DNA from: Nitrospirota bacterium
Lineage (GTDB): Bacteria; Nitrospirota; Thermodesulfovibrionia; Thermodesulfovibrionales; SM23-35
Length of the DNA: 64,000 nt
Direction: 5' to 3'
NCBI GenBank assembly: GCA_013388455.1
Contig: JACAFF010000040.1
Location: 65,990-129,989 of the forward strand
Shown here: positions 36,872 through 46,139 of the stretch, piece by piece
Position numbering within the stretch: the stretch's first letter is position 1
Layout: every line of letters begins with the position of its first letter
The notes under the pieces: generated by a model
What the model saw: the letters and a program-made list of their open reading frames with translations, nothing else
What the model was told of the DNA's origin: nothing
The model's database searches: none
Position numbers and translations under genes: made by a program

Positions 36872-37387
36872 ATGGACATTCTAAAAATTATTAAAGAAAG
36901 AAGAAGCATACGGGATTTTCATAAAAAGCAAATACCTGAAGAGTTGATTCAAAAGCTCATAGACGCATTGATATGGGCACCAAGCGCAGGCAATCTTCAG
37001 GCAAGAAGATTTTATTTTGTAAAAAATGAGAATATTAAAAAAAAGATAGCTGTAGCTGCTCTGAACCAGAACTTCATCGCTGAAGCACCTCTTGTTGTCA
37101 TTGGATGCACAGACAGCCGTATATCTTTTCGTTATGGTGAACGTGGAATTTATTTATATTCAATTCAGGATGTCGCATGTAGTATTATGAATATGATGCT
37201 CACAGCTCATGCAAATGGACTCGGCTCTACATGGGTTGGCGCATTCCGTGAAGAAGAGGTAAGCAAGATTCTGAAGATGCCCAATTACTTGAGGCCTGTT
37301 GCTATTGTGCCTGTCGGGTTTCCTTCAAAGATTCCATCTCCTCCTCCGAGAGTCTCAAAACACGAAGCAGTGGAGGTAATAGAATGA
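36872..37387 (+). CDS. Nitroreductase family protein
   Basis: ERRSIRDF, APSAGNLQ, and a C-terminal VP.G.P pattern. Confidence 0.85.
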   Translation: MDILKIIKERRSIRDFHKKQIPEELIQKLIDALIWAPSAGNLQARRFYFVKNENIKKKIAVAALNQNFIAEAPLVVIGCTDSRISFRYGERGIYLYSIQDVACSIMNMMLTAHANGLGSTWVGAFREEEVSKILKMPNYLRPVAIVPVGFPSKIPSPPPRVSKHEAVEVIE

Positions 37388-38463
37388 AAATAGCTGTTAA
37401 TACAGGCGGTGGTGATGCTCCTGGATTAAATGCAGTTATAAGAGGAATAGTTCTAACTGCACATAAAAAAGGATGGGAAGTCTATGGTATAAAATATGGG
37501 TATCAGGGGCTTATAGATACCAAACAGATTATCCGTCTCACACCAGAGTCTGTTTGGGATATTACAAACATAGGAGGCACGATTCTTGGAACAGCAAGTA
37601 AAGGTGACCCTTTCCACTATCCTGTCAAAACATCTGAAGGTAACTTAGTTGAAACTGACATTTCCGATACCATCTTAACAAATTTCAAAGCGCTCGGTTT
37701 TGATGCACTCATTGCGATTGGTGGAGATGGAAGTCTTCGCATTGCAAGCAGATTTCTACAAAAAGGCATGCCCATAATTGGTGTACCTAAAACTATTGAT
37801 AATGACATCAGTTCTACAGATGTTACATTCGGTTTCGATACGGCTGTTAACACTGCCACCGAAGCTATTGATAAACTCCATACAACAGCAAAATCACATG
37901 ATAGAGTAATGGTAGTAGAAGTAATGGGAAGATTTGTCGGGTGGATTGCACTTCATTCGGGAATAGCAGGTTCAGCAGATGTGATTTTAATTCCTGAAAT
38001 TCCTTTTGACATAGAAAAAGTCTGCAATAAAATTAGACAGCTTGCTTTGATTGGTCAGGATTATGCAATTGTAGTAGTTGCTGAAGGAGCAAAGCCTGTT
38101 GGTGGAGAAATAACTATTGTTGAAGGAGTCCAACCTGGTGAAGCTTTAAGACTTGGTGGCATTGGTAAAAGGGTATCAGAAGAAATAAAGAAAAAAACTG
38201 GAAAAGAAACAAGAGATATAGTTCTGGGTCATTTACAGAGAGGTGGTGCTCCTACAACTTTCGACAGACTTCTTTCCTTGAGACTCGGGGCAGCAGCTGT
38301 CAGACTTGCAGAAGCTGGCAAATTTGGGAATATGGTTGCACTTCAATCGACTAAAATTATAGATGTACCCATTGAAGAGGCAATTGGAAAGATGAAGTCT
38401 GTGCCTCTAAATTCTGATGTCATGCAGACAGCACGTTCTTTAGGAATAAGCTTCGGTGACTAA
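37384..38463 (+). CDS. pfkA: 6-phosphofructokinase (GGDGS type, so probably ATP-dependent)
   Basis: GGDAPGLNAVIRG, IGGDGSL, PKTIDNDI, MGR, and GHLQRGG motifs. Confidence 0.9.
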   Translation: MKIAVNTGGGDAPGLNAVIRGIVLTAHKKGWEVYGIKYGYQGLIDTKQIIRLTPESVWDITNIGGTILGTASKGDPFHYPVKTSEGNLVETDISDTILTNFKALGFDALIAIGGDGSLRIASRFLQKGMPIIGVPKTIDNDISSTDVTFGFDTAVNTATEAIDKLHTTAKSHDRVMVVEVMGRFVGWIALHSGIAGSADVILIPEIPFDIEKVCNKIRQLALIGQDYAIVVVAEGAKPVGGEITIVEGVQPGEALRLGGIGKRVSEEIKKKTGKETRDIVLGHLQRGGAPTTFDRLLSLRLGAAAVRLAEAGKFGNMVALQSTKIIDVPIEEAIGKMKSVPLNSDVMQTARSLGISFGD

Positions 38464-38490
38464 CTGGAACCTCATAATGTAATTGGTATT

Positions 38491-39618
38491 TTATCCTGAC
38501 AAATCTTGAGACAATGCTAAATGTATAGAGCGTATAAAATTGTCTATCAAAAAAGGATTAAATAATCCTTCATCTTTTGTTTTCATGACTACAAGCGCTT
38601 CCTTTATGTCTAAAGCTTTCCGATAGGACGTTTTTACAGTTAAATTATCAAAAGAATCTGAAATCGCTATCATCTGACTGCAAATATGTTGTTTTATATT
38701 ACTTGCTTTCAGTTTTGGGTATCCTCGCCCGTCATATCTGAGATGGTGCTCAAATGCAACTATAGGAGCAAGATGCGTAAGACCGTCTATCTTTGCAAGA
38801 TATTGAGCTCCATAAACTGGATGGAGTTTCATTACATCGTTTTCTTTTACCTCAAAAAAAGACTCTTTTTCAATAATCTCTCTGGGAATAAATAATTTTC
38901 CAACATCATGAAGAAGTGCAGCAAGTCCTATATCTTGATGAAGTTCTTCTTTAATCCCAAGTGTCTGAGCTTGAAACAGAGTAAGTATTGCAACATTTGT
39001 TGCATGGATATAATCTGAAGTGCTATGCGATTTTATAGGACTCAGTAGTTTCAGTATATTAATCTCTTTCTTCAACTTTATAATAAATTGAACTACTATT
39101 TCTTCAAATCCCACAACATGAAGCTTTTTAAAGGGTGAAATTCTTGAAAATTCATTCTTAATTTTCATAAGTTGTTCTGAGGTAAAAGAGGATGAGCTTT
39201 GCTCGGATAATAAATCTCTATCAAGTGAAACCCCACCAATATGAACGTCAACAACACCTACCTTTATATGTGGAGAGGATTGAGCTTCTTTCCCTGCAAC
39301 TGAAATATCAACAATAAATCTTTTCAACTCCTGAAATGTAATCCCTCTAAAGAATTCAATATGTGTAATCCCTTTTCTTTTAAGTCTTTTTAGCAGGTTT
39401 TTCCCATGAATTCCTGTTTCTCTGGCAGGACTATTATTGATGATAAGATCGTTTTCAATTATCATTATTTCAAAATGATCCGAACCTTTAAGAAATTCAT
39501 TTAGTATAGAAAAGGCTTTCTCGGTTAATTCAATTATAAAGTCATGATCTTTTGAGTAAAGGGCACAGTTTGATATAGCAGACATAAAAACTGATATGAA
39601 TTCTTTCAAACGCTTCAC
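38491..39618 (-). CDS. HD-GYP domain c-di-GMP phosphodiesterase
   Basis: HDVGK and HHLRYDGRGYP motifs. The N-terminal ~110 aa domain is similar to the N-terminus of the upstream 720-aa protein. Confidence 0.85.
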   Translation of the reverse strand: MKRLKEFISVFMSAISNCALYSKDHDFIIELTEKAFSILNEFLKGSDHFEIMIIENDLIINNSPARETGIHGKNLLKRLKRKGITHIEFFRGITFQELKRFIVDISVAGKEAQSSPHIKVGVVDVHIGGVSLDRDLLSEQSSSSFTSEQLMKIKNEFSRISPFKKLHVVGFEEIVVQFIIKLKKEINILKLLSPIKSHSTSDYIHATNVAILTLFQAQTLGIKEELHQDIGLAALLHDVGKLFIPREIIEKESFFEVKENDVMKLHPVYGAQYLAKIDGLTHLAPIVAFEHHLRYDGRGYPKLKASNIKQHICSQMIAISDSFDNLTVKTSYRKALDIKEALVVMKTKDEGLFNPFLIDNFIRSIHLALSQDLSG

Positions 39619-41781
39619 TTATCCTTCCTTTTCTTTAAATAACCTTGAGGACTCTTCTCTTATTAAATCGTTTTTAGATTTTAAGCCGGCTTCAACTAAA
39701 TCTTTTACTAAATGATAAGGATAATTTTTAAGTGTCTTATATATCTCTTCTTTCAGATGTTCCATCATTTTCCCAAATAAGATACTTTTGCCTGAAAGCA
39801 AGTCCCGTAAAGTATTCAGTGCCTGGATATCACCTATATCCCCAAGAGCTTTGACAATCAATTTTTTTCGAAGAATATCTTCTCCGATCATATCTTTCTT
39901 TTTGAGCAATTGAATTAAATCGCTAACAACTTCCTTTATTCTAAAAGCGCCCGATAGAGCAACAGCCTGTTCAAAGAGGTCATTTGATTTTGTGTATAAT
40001 AATTTTTTTATTAATTCTTTGGCATAGGTATCTCCTGCATTCAATAAATATTTAATGGCTGGAATGCTTACCTTAAGATTATCGTGAAGGCTGAGCGGTC
40101 TTATTGAATCAATTGCTTCTTTGCAATCAATCTCATTGAGAATATAAATCATGTTTCTTTTTACAAACCACCTGTCATCTTCAAGTCGGCGTATTGCTTC
40201 AGGAATCACTTTATTGCCGAATTGCTTAATCAGCTCCATCAAAAAACGTCTGATAATAAGTGATTCTTCCTCAGCAAGTGCATCCATCAAATAAGGTATA
40301 ATTTTTTTATCGTAATAATCGCATATCATCGATACTTCTTTTCTCTGTTGTCTTCCTAAAATCCTGAAAGAATCAATCAATATTTTAATAAATTCAGGAG
40401 AATGGTAATACTGAATAACCTCTGAATTTATTGAAACAAATCTGTATAAAGCTTTATTCAATTCTATTGCTTTGAGTATTTCGAAAAACTGACCAAACTG
40501 GCCAATCCACAATAATTGTTCAGTCTGTTCTTTAAGGATATTCATGAATGACTGATATTCTTGTTCTGAAACTGTTTCTGAATACATCATCTCAAGAATA
40601 AGCTGGATAAATCTCTTCTCTATAAGGTCTTCATTAAATTCATTTCCGAATTCAATTAGATGTAGCGACTTTAATACAGAGGCATCGTATTTTAAAAGTG
40701 ACTGGATCTCTTGAAGATCATTCATGCTAAGAGATATTCCTGTCTCTTTATCGTGTGTCTCATCGCTAAAAAACTCTTCATAATTTGAGAGTAAAAATTC
40801 ATCATCTCTCAACTCGTCTTCATCGATATATATCGTATCAGATTTATTCTCAACGCTGGTTGACAATGATAATTTTTTGATAAGTTCCATAAGAGGTTCT
40901 GGCACCGTGACCCGCTGTTCATTAACAACATTAAGAAAATCCTCAATTTCTTCAATCGATATATTCTTCATTGTTTGATAAGTTGACTCAGTATCTTTCG
41001 AAAAGGTTTTCACTGCAGATGAGAGAAACTGCTTTTTAAGATCAGGCCTTAGATTATTTACTAATTCTAATAATCTCTTCAGATTATTACTTGAAAAAAT
41101 ATGTTCAGGGGAACTTCTTATGTAAGTTGCTATTACCTTATCATATGCTTCTTCTTTCAGATTTCGAACTGCAGTTTTGTTTAATATCTTTGCAAGTAAT
41201 TCGGGGGGTATTTCTCTTAATTCATCAGATACTTTTTCATTCTGTAGCTTACCTTCGAGCAAGCCATATATGTAACGTTCCCATAGAGATACATTATTAG
41301 ATTGTTGAACTATTTTTTGATCAGTTTTCAAAAATTTACTATAATCTGTAACACCAATTTCGATATGATTAAGTTTATATTTTTGATAAACTCCCTCTAA
41401 ATTATTAACATTCAGGTTGTCTGTCTTTTCTGTGAGAAAACTATGAAAGTTGTAAAGTTCATCTTTTGTGATACCATTTTTAAATGTTATATATGCGATA
41501 TTCATTTTGCTGAGTGAAAGAGCAAATTCTCTATAAACAGGATTTTTTCTGTCGAGATGATATTCATCTAAAATAATTGTATCTTTTGCAATGGCAAATG
41601 TAATCCTTGGTCTAATTTCAAAAAGCTGATTAAGGAATTTGAATGCACGATTTATTGCTCTTTCTACTGATGGGTGACCTTTTGGATAGATTCCCACGCT
41701 TCGTCGTGAAATATTAAGCTCAATTATGGCATAACTCAGAAGCTTTGCATCAAGTGGTATCTTATCAAAATCTTTAGTCAT
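39619..41781 (-). CDS. Large uncharacterised protein with C-terminal HEAT/PBS-lyase-like repeats
   Basis: 720 aa. C-terminal repeats (IPYLMDALAEEE, AIRRLEDDRWFVKRNMIYILNEI, KALGDIGDIQALNTL). The stop codon abuts the HD-GYP start. Confidence 0.6.
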   Translation of the reverse strand: MTKDFDKIPLDAKLLSYAIIELNISRRSVGIYPKGHPSVERAINRAFKFLNQLFEIRPRITFAIAKDTIILDEYHLDRKNPVYREFALSLSKMNIAYITFKNGITKDELYNFHSFLTEKTDNLNVNNLEGVYQKYKLNHIEIGVTDYSKFLKTDQKIVQQSNNVSLWERYIYGLLEGKLQNEKVSDELREIPPELLAKILNKTAVRNLKEEAYDKVIATYIRSSPEHIFSSNNLKRLLELVNNLRPDLKKQFLSSAVKTFSKDTESTYQTMKNISIEEIEDFLNVVNEQRVTVPEPLMELIKKLSLSTSVENKSDTIYIDEDELRDDEFLLSNYEEFFSDETHDKETGISLSMNDLQEIQSLLKYDASVLKSLHLIEFGNEFNEDLIEKRFIQLILEMMYSETVSEQEYQSFMNILKEQTEQLLWIGQFGQFFEILKAIELNKALYRFVSINSEVIQYYHSPEFIKILIDSFRILGRQQRKEVSMICDYYDKKIIPYLMDALAEEESLIIRRFLMELIKQFGNKVIPEAIRRLEDDRWFVKRNMIYILNEIDCKEAIDSIRPLSLHDNLKVSIPAIKYLLNAGDTYAKELIKKLLYTKSNDLFEQAVALSGAFRIKEVVSDLIQLLKKKDMIGEDILRKKLIVKALGDIGDIQALNTLRDLLSGKSILFGKMMEHLKEEIYKTLKNYPYHLVKDLVEAGLKSKNDLIREESSRLFKEKEG

Positions 41782-41835
41782 AATCTTTAATTTTTTAGTA
41801 AAAGAATATCTTAATCATTCAATTTTATTATCTTT

Positions 41836-43038
41836 TTACGGAGCTTTATATACCATAACACGGTTTTTGCCTTTAGATTTTGCCTCATAAAGCGCCAAAT
41901 CGGCACAATTGATAACTTTATTGATTGTGTCTCCATCTTCCGGAAATGTTGCTACTCCTCCACTGATTGATACAAAACCGAGAGGTTGTTTTTCAAAGTA
42001 ATTAAAAGTATAATGAGATATTTGTTCTCTAAGTCGGTCTGCATATATGTAGGCATCTTCTTTTGCTATGCCGGGCAGCATGACTATAAATTCTTCTCCT
42101 CCATATCGAGCTACAATTGAATTTTTTCTACTCGAACTGCGTATAAGTTTACTAATTTCTATAAGAAGTTTGTCGCCTGCATCATGACCATTTGTGTCAT
42201 TATAATGCTTAAAATTATCTATATCTAATAAAAATAATGATATTACAGTCCCATCATGACTTGATTTTTCTACATAATGCTGTGCCATCTGGAAAAAATA
42301 ATTACGGTTATTCAACCCTGTTAATGGGTCTGTATTTGCCTTATGTTGTGCGTCATTGAGAAGTATTTGGTTAAATAGTGCCACCCCTGATATATCTGCA
42401 ATCATCTTCAACAGTTCACTTTCATTTCCAATCGGGTTCTCTATTTCTCCAATACCGATAACACCAAGGAGTCTGTCTTTAAAGATAATCGGGACTGCCA
42501 TCCAGAACTGTGTTTTTGCATTTCTATCACTCTGTTTTTGAGGATACATCCTGCTGAAATCCTCTCTCATCATTATAAACCGGTGTTTTGCAACAGCACC
42601 TATGAGATCTTCCCCCAGCGCATACGAATCTATTTCCTGTTGCGGCATACCATTCATATAAACTCTGTTAAGCTTATTACTCAATGCATCAAATAGATAC
42701 ACTCCAATTTTATCAGTAAGAACAATATTTTTTACCATTTCGATAATAGATACAATTATCTCCTGTAATATCAACGTTGTATTTAGACGCTGAATAATAT
42801 ACGGTATCTTAAACATGAAAGACAGATAACGGCTATTAAGTTCGACTAATTTATTTATTTTTAAATTAAGATTTATAATTTGACGATCTCGATCAATGAT
42901 TTCCCTCATATATGAATTATCCTGATTTTTCATATTCTTTTCCTGTTTACCGTTCACATGCAAAGATCTTCTCAAAAAATATATAGAAATACTTATTATA
43001 ACGATTATTAATCCTATTATCAGATAACTTATAGGCAC
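41836..43038 (-). CDS. Membrane-anchored GAF-GGDEF diguanylate cyclase
   Basis: N-terminal TM, coiled coil, GAF-like region, then GGDEF domain (DPLTGLNNR, YGGEEF). The position of the RxxD I-site reads RKNS. Confidence 0.85.
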   Translation of the reverse strand: MPISYLIIGLIIVIISISIYFLRRSLHVNGKQEKNMKNQDNSYMREIIDRDRQIINLNLKINKLVELNSRYLSFMFKIPYIIQRLNTTLILQEIIVSIIEMVKNIVLTDKIGVYLFDALSNKLNRVYMNGMPQQEIDSYALGEDLIGAVAKHRFIMMREDFSRMYPQKQSDRNAKTQFWMAVPIIFKDRLLGVIGIGEIENPIGNESELLKMIADISGVALFNQILLNDAQHKANTDPLTGLNNRNYFFQMAQHYVEKSSHDGTVISLFLLDIDNFKHYNDTNGHDAGDKLLIEISKLIRSSSRKNSIVARYGGEEFIVMLPGIAKEDAYIYADRLREQISHYTFNYFEKQPLGFVSISGGVATFPEDGDTINKVINCADLALYEAKSKGKNRVMVYKAP

Positions 43039-43094
43039 CCTGAACCCCTCAACTCTTTTTTATATATCTTAATTTTAGTATTGAAGCATATAAT

Positions 43095-43120
43095 TAAAAA
43101 ATCAATCCTACTTTCGTAGG
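43095..43120 (-). terminator. Possible intrinsic terminator after rluD
   Basis: Minus strand: CCTAC-GAAA-GTAGG hairpin followed by ATTGATTTTTT. The stem is short (5 bp). Confidence 0.3.
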
Positions 43121-43159
43121 GTTTAAGAATAGAAAACTAAGAATTTCCAAATTAAAAAA

Positions 43160-44137
43160 TTACCTTTCTTCTTCAGTGAGTTCCCTCAATTCTAAAATCT
43201 TTTCCTTCATATCCTCAGGCATTGGGCTTGTATATTCAATATAGAGGCCATTTATTGGATGAGTAAAACCAAGTGTTTCTGCATGCAGCATCTGTCTCGG
43301 GAATTTAATTTTTACAACCCTTTTCCCATTAACCTTTGCCTCAACCTCGATCTTTTTACCGTAAATCCTATCTCCAAGCACAGGATGTCCAATAGAAGCA
43401 AAATGTACTCGAATTTGATGTGTGCGACCTGTGCCAAGTCTTGCTTCAAGTAGTGTTGCGATATTAAACCTTCTAATAACCTTCCAGCGTGTGACAGCTT
43501 CCTTGCCTATCTTCACACGGGTTGACATTTTTTTTCTGTCATATTTAGACCGTCCTATAATGGATGTAATTTCACCATGATCTTTTTCAAGGTTTCCATG
43601 CACAAGTACGATATACCTTCTATTAATTGTCCTGTGTCTAAATTGTTCAACGAGTTTGTAATAGGCTTCGTCACTCAACGCAACGACCATGATTCCGGAA
43701 GTGTCTTTATCAAGCCTATGCACAACCCCTGGCCTTAAAGGGCTACCGACAGTTGCAAGTTTCCTTCTATGGTATGCAAGAGCATTCATAAGCGTTCCAT
43801 GGCTATGTCCAGCACCAGGATACACAATCATCCCGGCAGCTTTATTAATCACAATTAAATGATCATCTTCATACAGGATATCAAGTGTTTTTGGCTCAGG
43901 GACAAGTCCTTCGGGTTCTTCATGAGGCATAGTGATTGCAATCTCATCTCCCACCCTGACTTTGAGGTTCTGACTTGCAGAGCGCTCATTAACAAGGATA
44001 TTCCCGATCTTTATAAGCTTCTGTATTTGAGAGCGGGTAATCCCTGTCTTTTTTGCGAGGAAGGTATCAATCCGCTCACCACTCTCTGACAATTTCACAA
44101 TGATATTATTAAATGACATAAATAATATGCCTCTCAT
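43160..44137 (-). CDS. rluD: RluA/RluD-family 23S rRNA pseudouridine synthase
   Basis: S4 domain (RIDTFLAK..G.TRSQIQKLI), catalytic HRLDKDTSG, and GRTHQIRVH. The start is possibly ATG 44119. Confidence 0.9.
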   Translation of the reverse strand: MRGILFMSFNNIIVKLSESGERIDTFLAKKTGITRSQIQKLIKIGNILVNERSASQNLKVRVGDEIAITMPHEEPEGLVPEPKTLDILYEDDHLIVINKAAGMIVYPGAGHSHGTLMNALAYHRRKLATVGSPLRPGVVHRLDKDTSGIMVVALSDEAYYKLVEQFRHRTINRRYIVLVHGNLEKDHGEITSIIGRSKYDRKKMSTRVKIGKEAVTRWKVIRRFNIATLLEARLGTGRTHQIRVHFASIGHPVLGDRIYGKKIEVEAKVNGKRVVKIKFPRQMLHAETLGFTHPINGLYIEYTSPMPEDMKEKILELRELTEEER

Positions 44138-44185
44138 TCAGCCGAATAAAATAATTTATTACTTCATCTCGCAGGTTGATAATGT

Positions 44186-44608
44186 TCATTTAAAAGGATT
44201 TTTTATTACAACTCCCTGGATTGTCTGACCATCGGCAAGATCTTCCGAAAAAATAGCTTTTGCCCCACTTCCTATTGCAGAAGCGATGATTAGAGAGTCC
44301 CAGAATGAGTATTTGTATCTCTCCTGTATTTCTGTCGCCCTTATCATTATGTCCACATCGATCAAGACTACATCCCATCTGGAAAGTCTTTTGATTGTTT
44401 CCCGTACAACCGCCACTTTCAAAGGCCTTGGTATTTTCTTTGTCAGTGTAATGAAAAACTCCTGTAAAACCTGAGTGCTTATAATCCCAAGCCCCGAGTG
44501 CCACAGGTCTTTCATAAGACTCACAGCAATCTTATGCTTTTTATCTGCATCTTTGTCATATGCATACACAATTACATTTGTGTCTACAAACACTTTATCG
44601 TCATTCAT
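44186..44608 (-). CDS. vapC: PIN-domain toxin
   Basis: MNDDKVFVDTNVIVYAYD... with conserved acidic residues. ATG 44608 overlaps the antitoxin stop (ATGAATGA). The ORF track extends it to 44641. Confidence 0.8.
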   Translation of the reverse strand: MNDDKVFVDTNVIVYAYDKDADKKHKIAVSLMKDLWHSGLGIISTQVLQEFFITLTKKIPRPLKVAVVRETIKRLSRWDVVLIDVDIMIRATEIQERYKYSFWDSLIIASAIGSGAKAIFSEDLADGQTIQGVVIKNPFK

Positions 44609-44840
44609 GCAATTCCTCTCGCGAGCAGGGCATATGGCCACCTGTACCCAGATTAAAGCCTTTTTCCATAAGTCTTATTTCCTGTTCCATAGCTTCCTTA
44701 TACCCTGTATCCTTTTTGATCTTTTCCTCAAGGGATTCCCTTATCAGGGCACTTAACGATTTATCTTTCTTCATAGCCAGCATCTTAGCCTTTTTCAGCA
44801 TCGCTTTGGGAAGTGACAATGTTACATTCTGACGTTCCAT
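44601..44840 (-). CDS. vapB: Ribbon-helix-helix antitoxin
   Basis: MERQNVTLSLPKAMLKKAKMLAMKKDKSLSALIRESLEE is an RHH (CopG/Arc-like) pattern. Immediately upstream of the PIN gene. Confidence 0.75.
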   Translation of the reverse strand: MERQNVTLSLPKAMLKKAKMLAMKKDKSLSALIRESLEEKIKKDTGYKEAMEQEIRLMEKGFNLGTGGHMPCSREELHE

Positions 44841-45113
44841 ACAAACCTCCTCTTATTTATCACATAATTATGTGTATCACATATTAATGTGATATGTCAA
44901 ATGCACCATGGACATGTCAAAATAATTATTTAACTTATTTGCTCCAAGATGCAGAAAAAACTCCAAGAAAACCATTACTGCATTAACCATTTATAACTTA
45001 ATGTCCGAACGTTTAATTAAGCCAGAATGAATATATTGATTGATGATGAAAAATTTTATATACTGTGCAAACAGCATTATGGTTTGTTCGTAATCTTTAC
45101 AAAAGGAGCATTT

Positions 45114-45665
45114 ATGGAAAAATTTTTTCTTGATAAAACCAATACCGCATTAGTCATTATTGATATTCAGGAAAGACTGGCTTCTGTTATGAAAGTAAAA
45201 GAAACAGTTATACAAAACTGTCTTCATCTTATTGAACTTTCAAAGACATATGGTATCCCAATTATCCTCACAGAACAGTATCCAAAGGGACTCGGTCAGA
45301 CTGTTGAAGAAATACGGAAAGCATTACCAGAATATAGACCTTTAGAAAAAATGACCTTCACCTGTTGCGAAGAACAGTCATTTTTGGATGAAATTGAGAA
45401 ACTCAATAAAAGAACAATAATAATTGCAGGGATGGAAGCCCACGTCTGTGTCCTCCAGACATGCATATCACTACTAAAGAACGGATATAACGTTCATGTT
45501 GTAAAAGATGCAGTCAGTTCAAGGACTAAAGAAAACTGGAAAGCAGGCATTGAATTTATGCGGGATGCCGGTGCTGTTATAACATGCACTGAAATTGTTC
45601 TGTTTCAGATATTGAAAATAGCAGGCACAGAAGAGTTCAAAGCAATATCAAGACGGATTAAGTAG
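45114..45665 (+). CDS. Isochorismatase-family cysteine hydrolase
   Basis: ALVIIDIQ, PIILTEQYP, and GMEAHVCV motifs. Start at ATG 45114 after AAAGGAG. The ORF-track start 45027 adds 29 unlikely residues. Confidence 0.85.
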   Translation: MEKFFLDKTNTALVIIDIQERLASVMKVKETVIQNCLHLIELSKTYGIPIILTEQYPKGLGQTVEEIRKALPEYRPLEKMTFTCCEEQSFLDEIEKLNKRTIIIAGMEAHVCVLQTCISLLKNGYNVHVVKDAVSSRTKENWKAGIEFMRDAGAVITCTEIVLFQILKIAGTEEFKAISRRIK

Positions 45666-45666
45666 C

Positions 45667-46042
45667 CTATCTTATAAATTTTTTCTTTGATAATAATTTT
45701 ATCACCTTTTCAGCTGGCAAAGGCTTAGATATGATATTCCCCTGAACTTCATCGCACTCAAGAGATCGAATAATTTTAAATTGTTCCTTTTTATCGATGC
45801 CTTCTGCTGTTACCCTCATGTTCAAAGTATGTGCCATAGCTACAATTGTTCTGGCAATAACCTCTTCGGCATTATTAAAGGAAACTGAAGAAATAAATGG
45901 CTCTATAATCTTCAATTTGTTCATTTGTTAATTCAATCTCAAGCAGCTTCGGATCAAGTTTTATATCTTCAAGAACTCTACTCACTGTATGAACAATATC
46001 CTGTTCATGAATCTGAATACTCAAATAAAAGCTTCTTTTCAT
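45667..46042 (-). pseudogene. Remnant of an EAL-domain (c-di-GMP phosphodiesterase) gene
   Basis: Two frames: MKRSFYLSIQIHEQDIV...DIKLDPKLLEIELTNEQIEDY... and NKLKIIEPFISSV...IARTIVAMAHTLNMRVTAEGIDKKEQF..LECDEVQGNIISKPLP. The DDFGTGYSS block and the N-terminal part are missing. Confidence 0.65.
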
Positions 46043-46139
46043 AACTTCTTCATATTACCTTCAATATTTCTTCATATTTTTTCATTAGAGTATAAAAAAG
46101 AAATTATTCATAAATCTTACATATCAGAAAGGAAAAGAA

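Noticed and set aside
44190-44832. Several 60-104 aa ORFs on both strands overlapping vapBC
   Set aside because: All are alternative frames of the clearly recognisable PIN and RHH genes.
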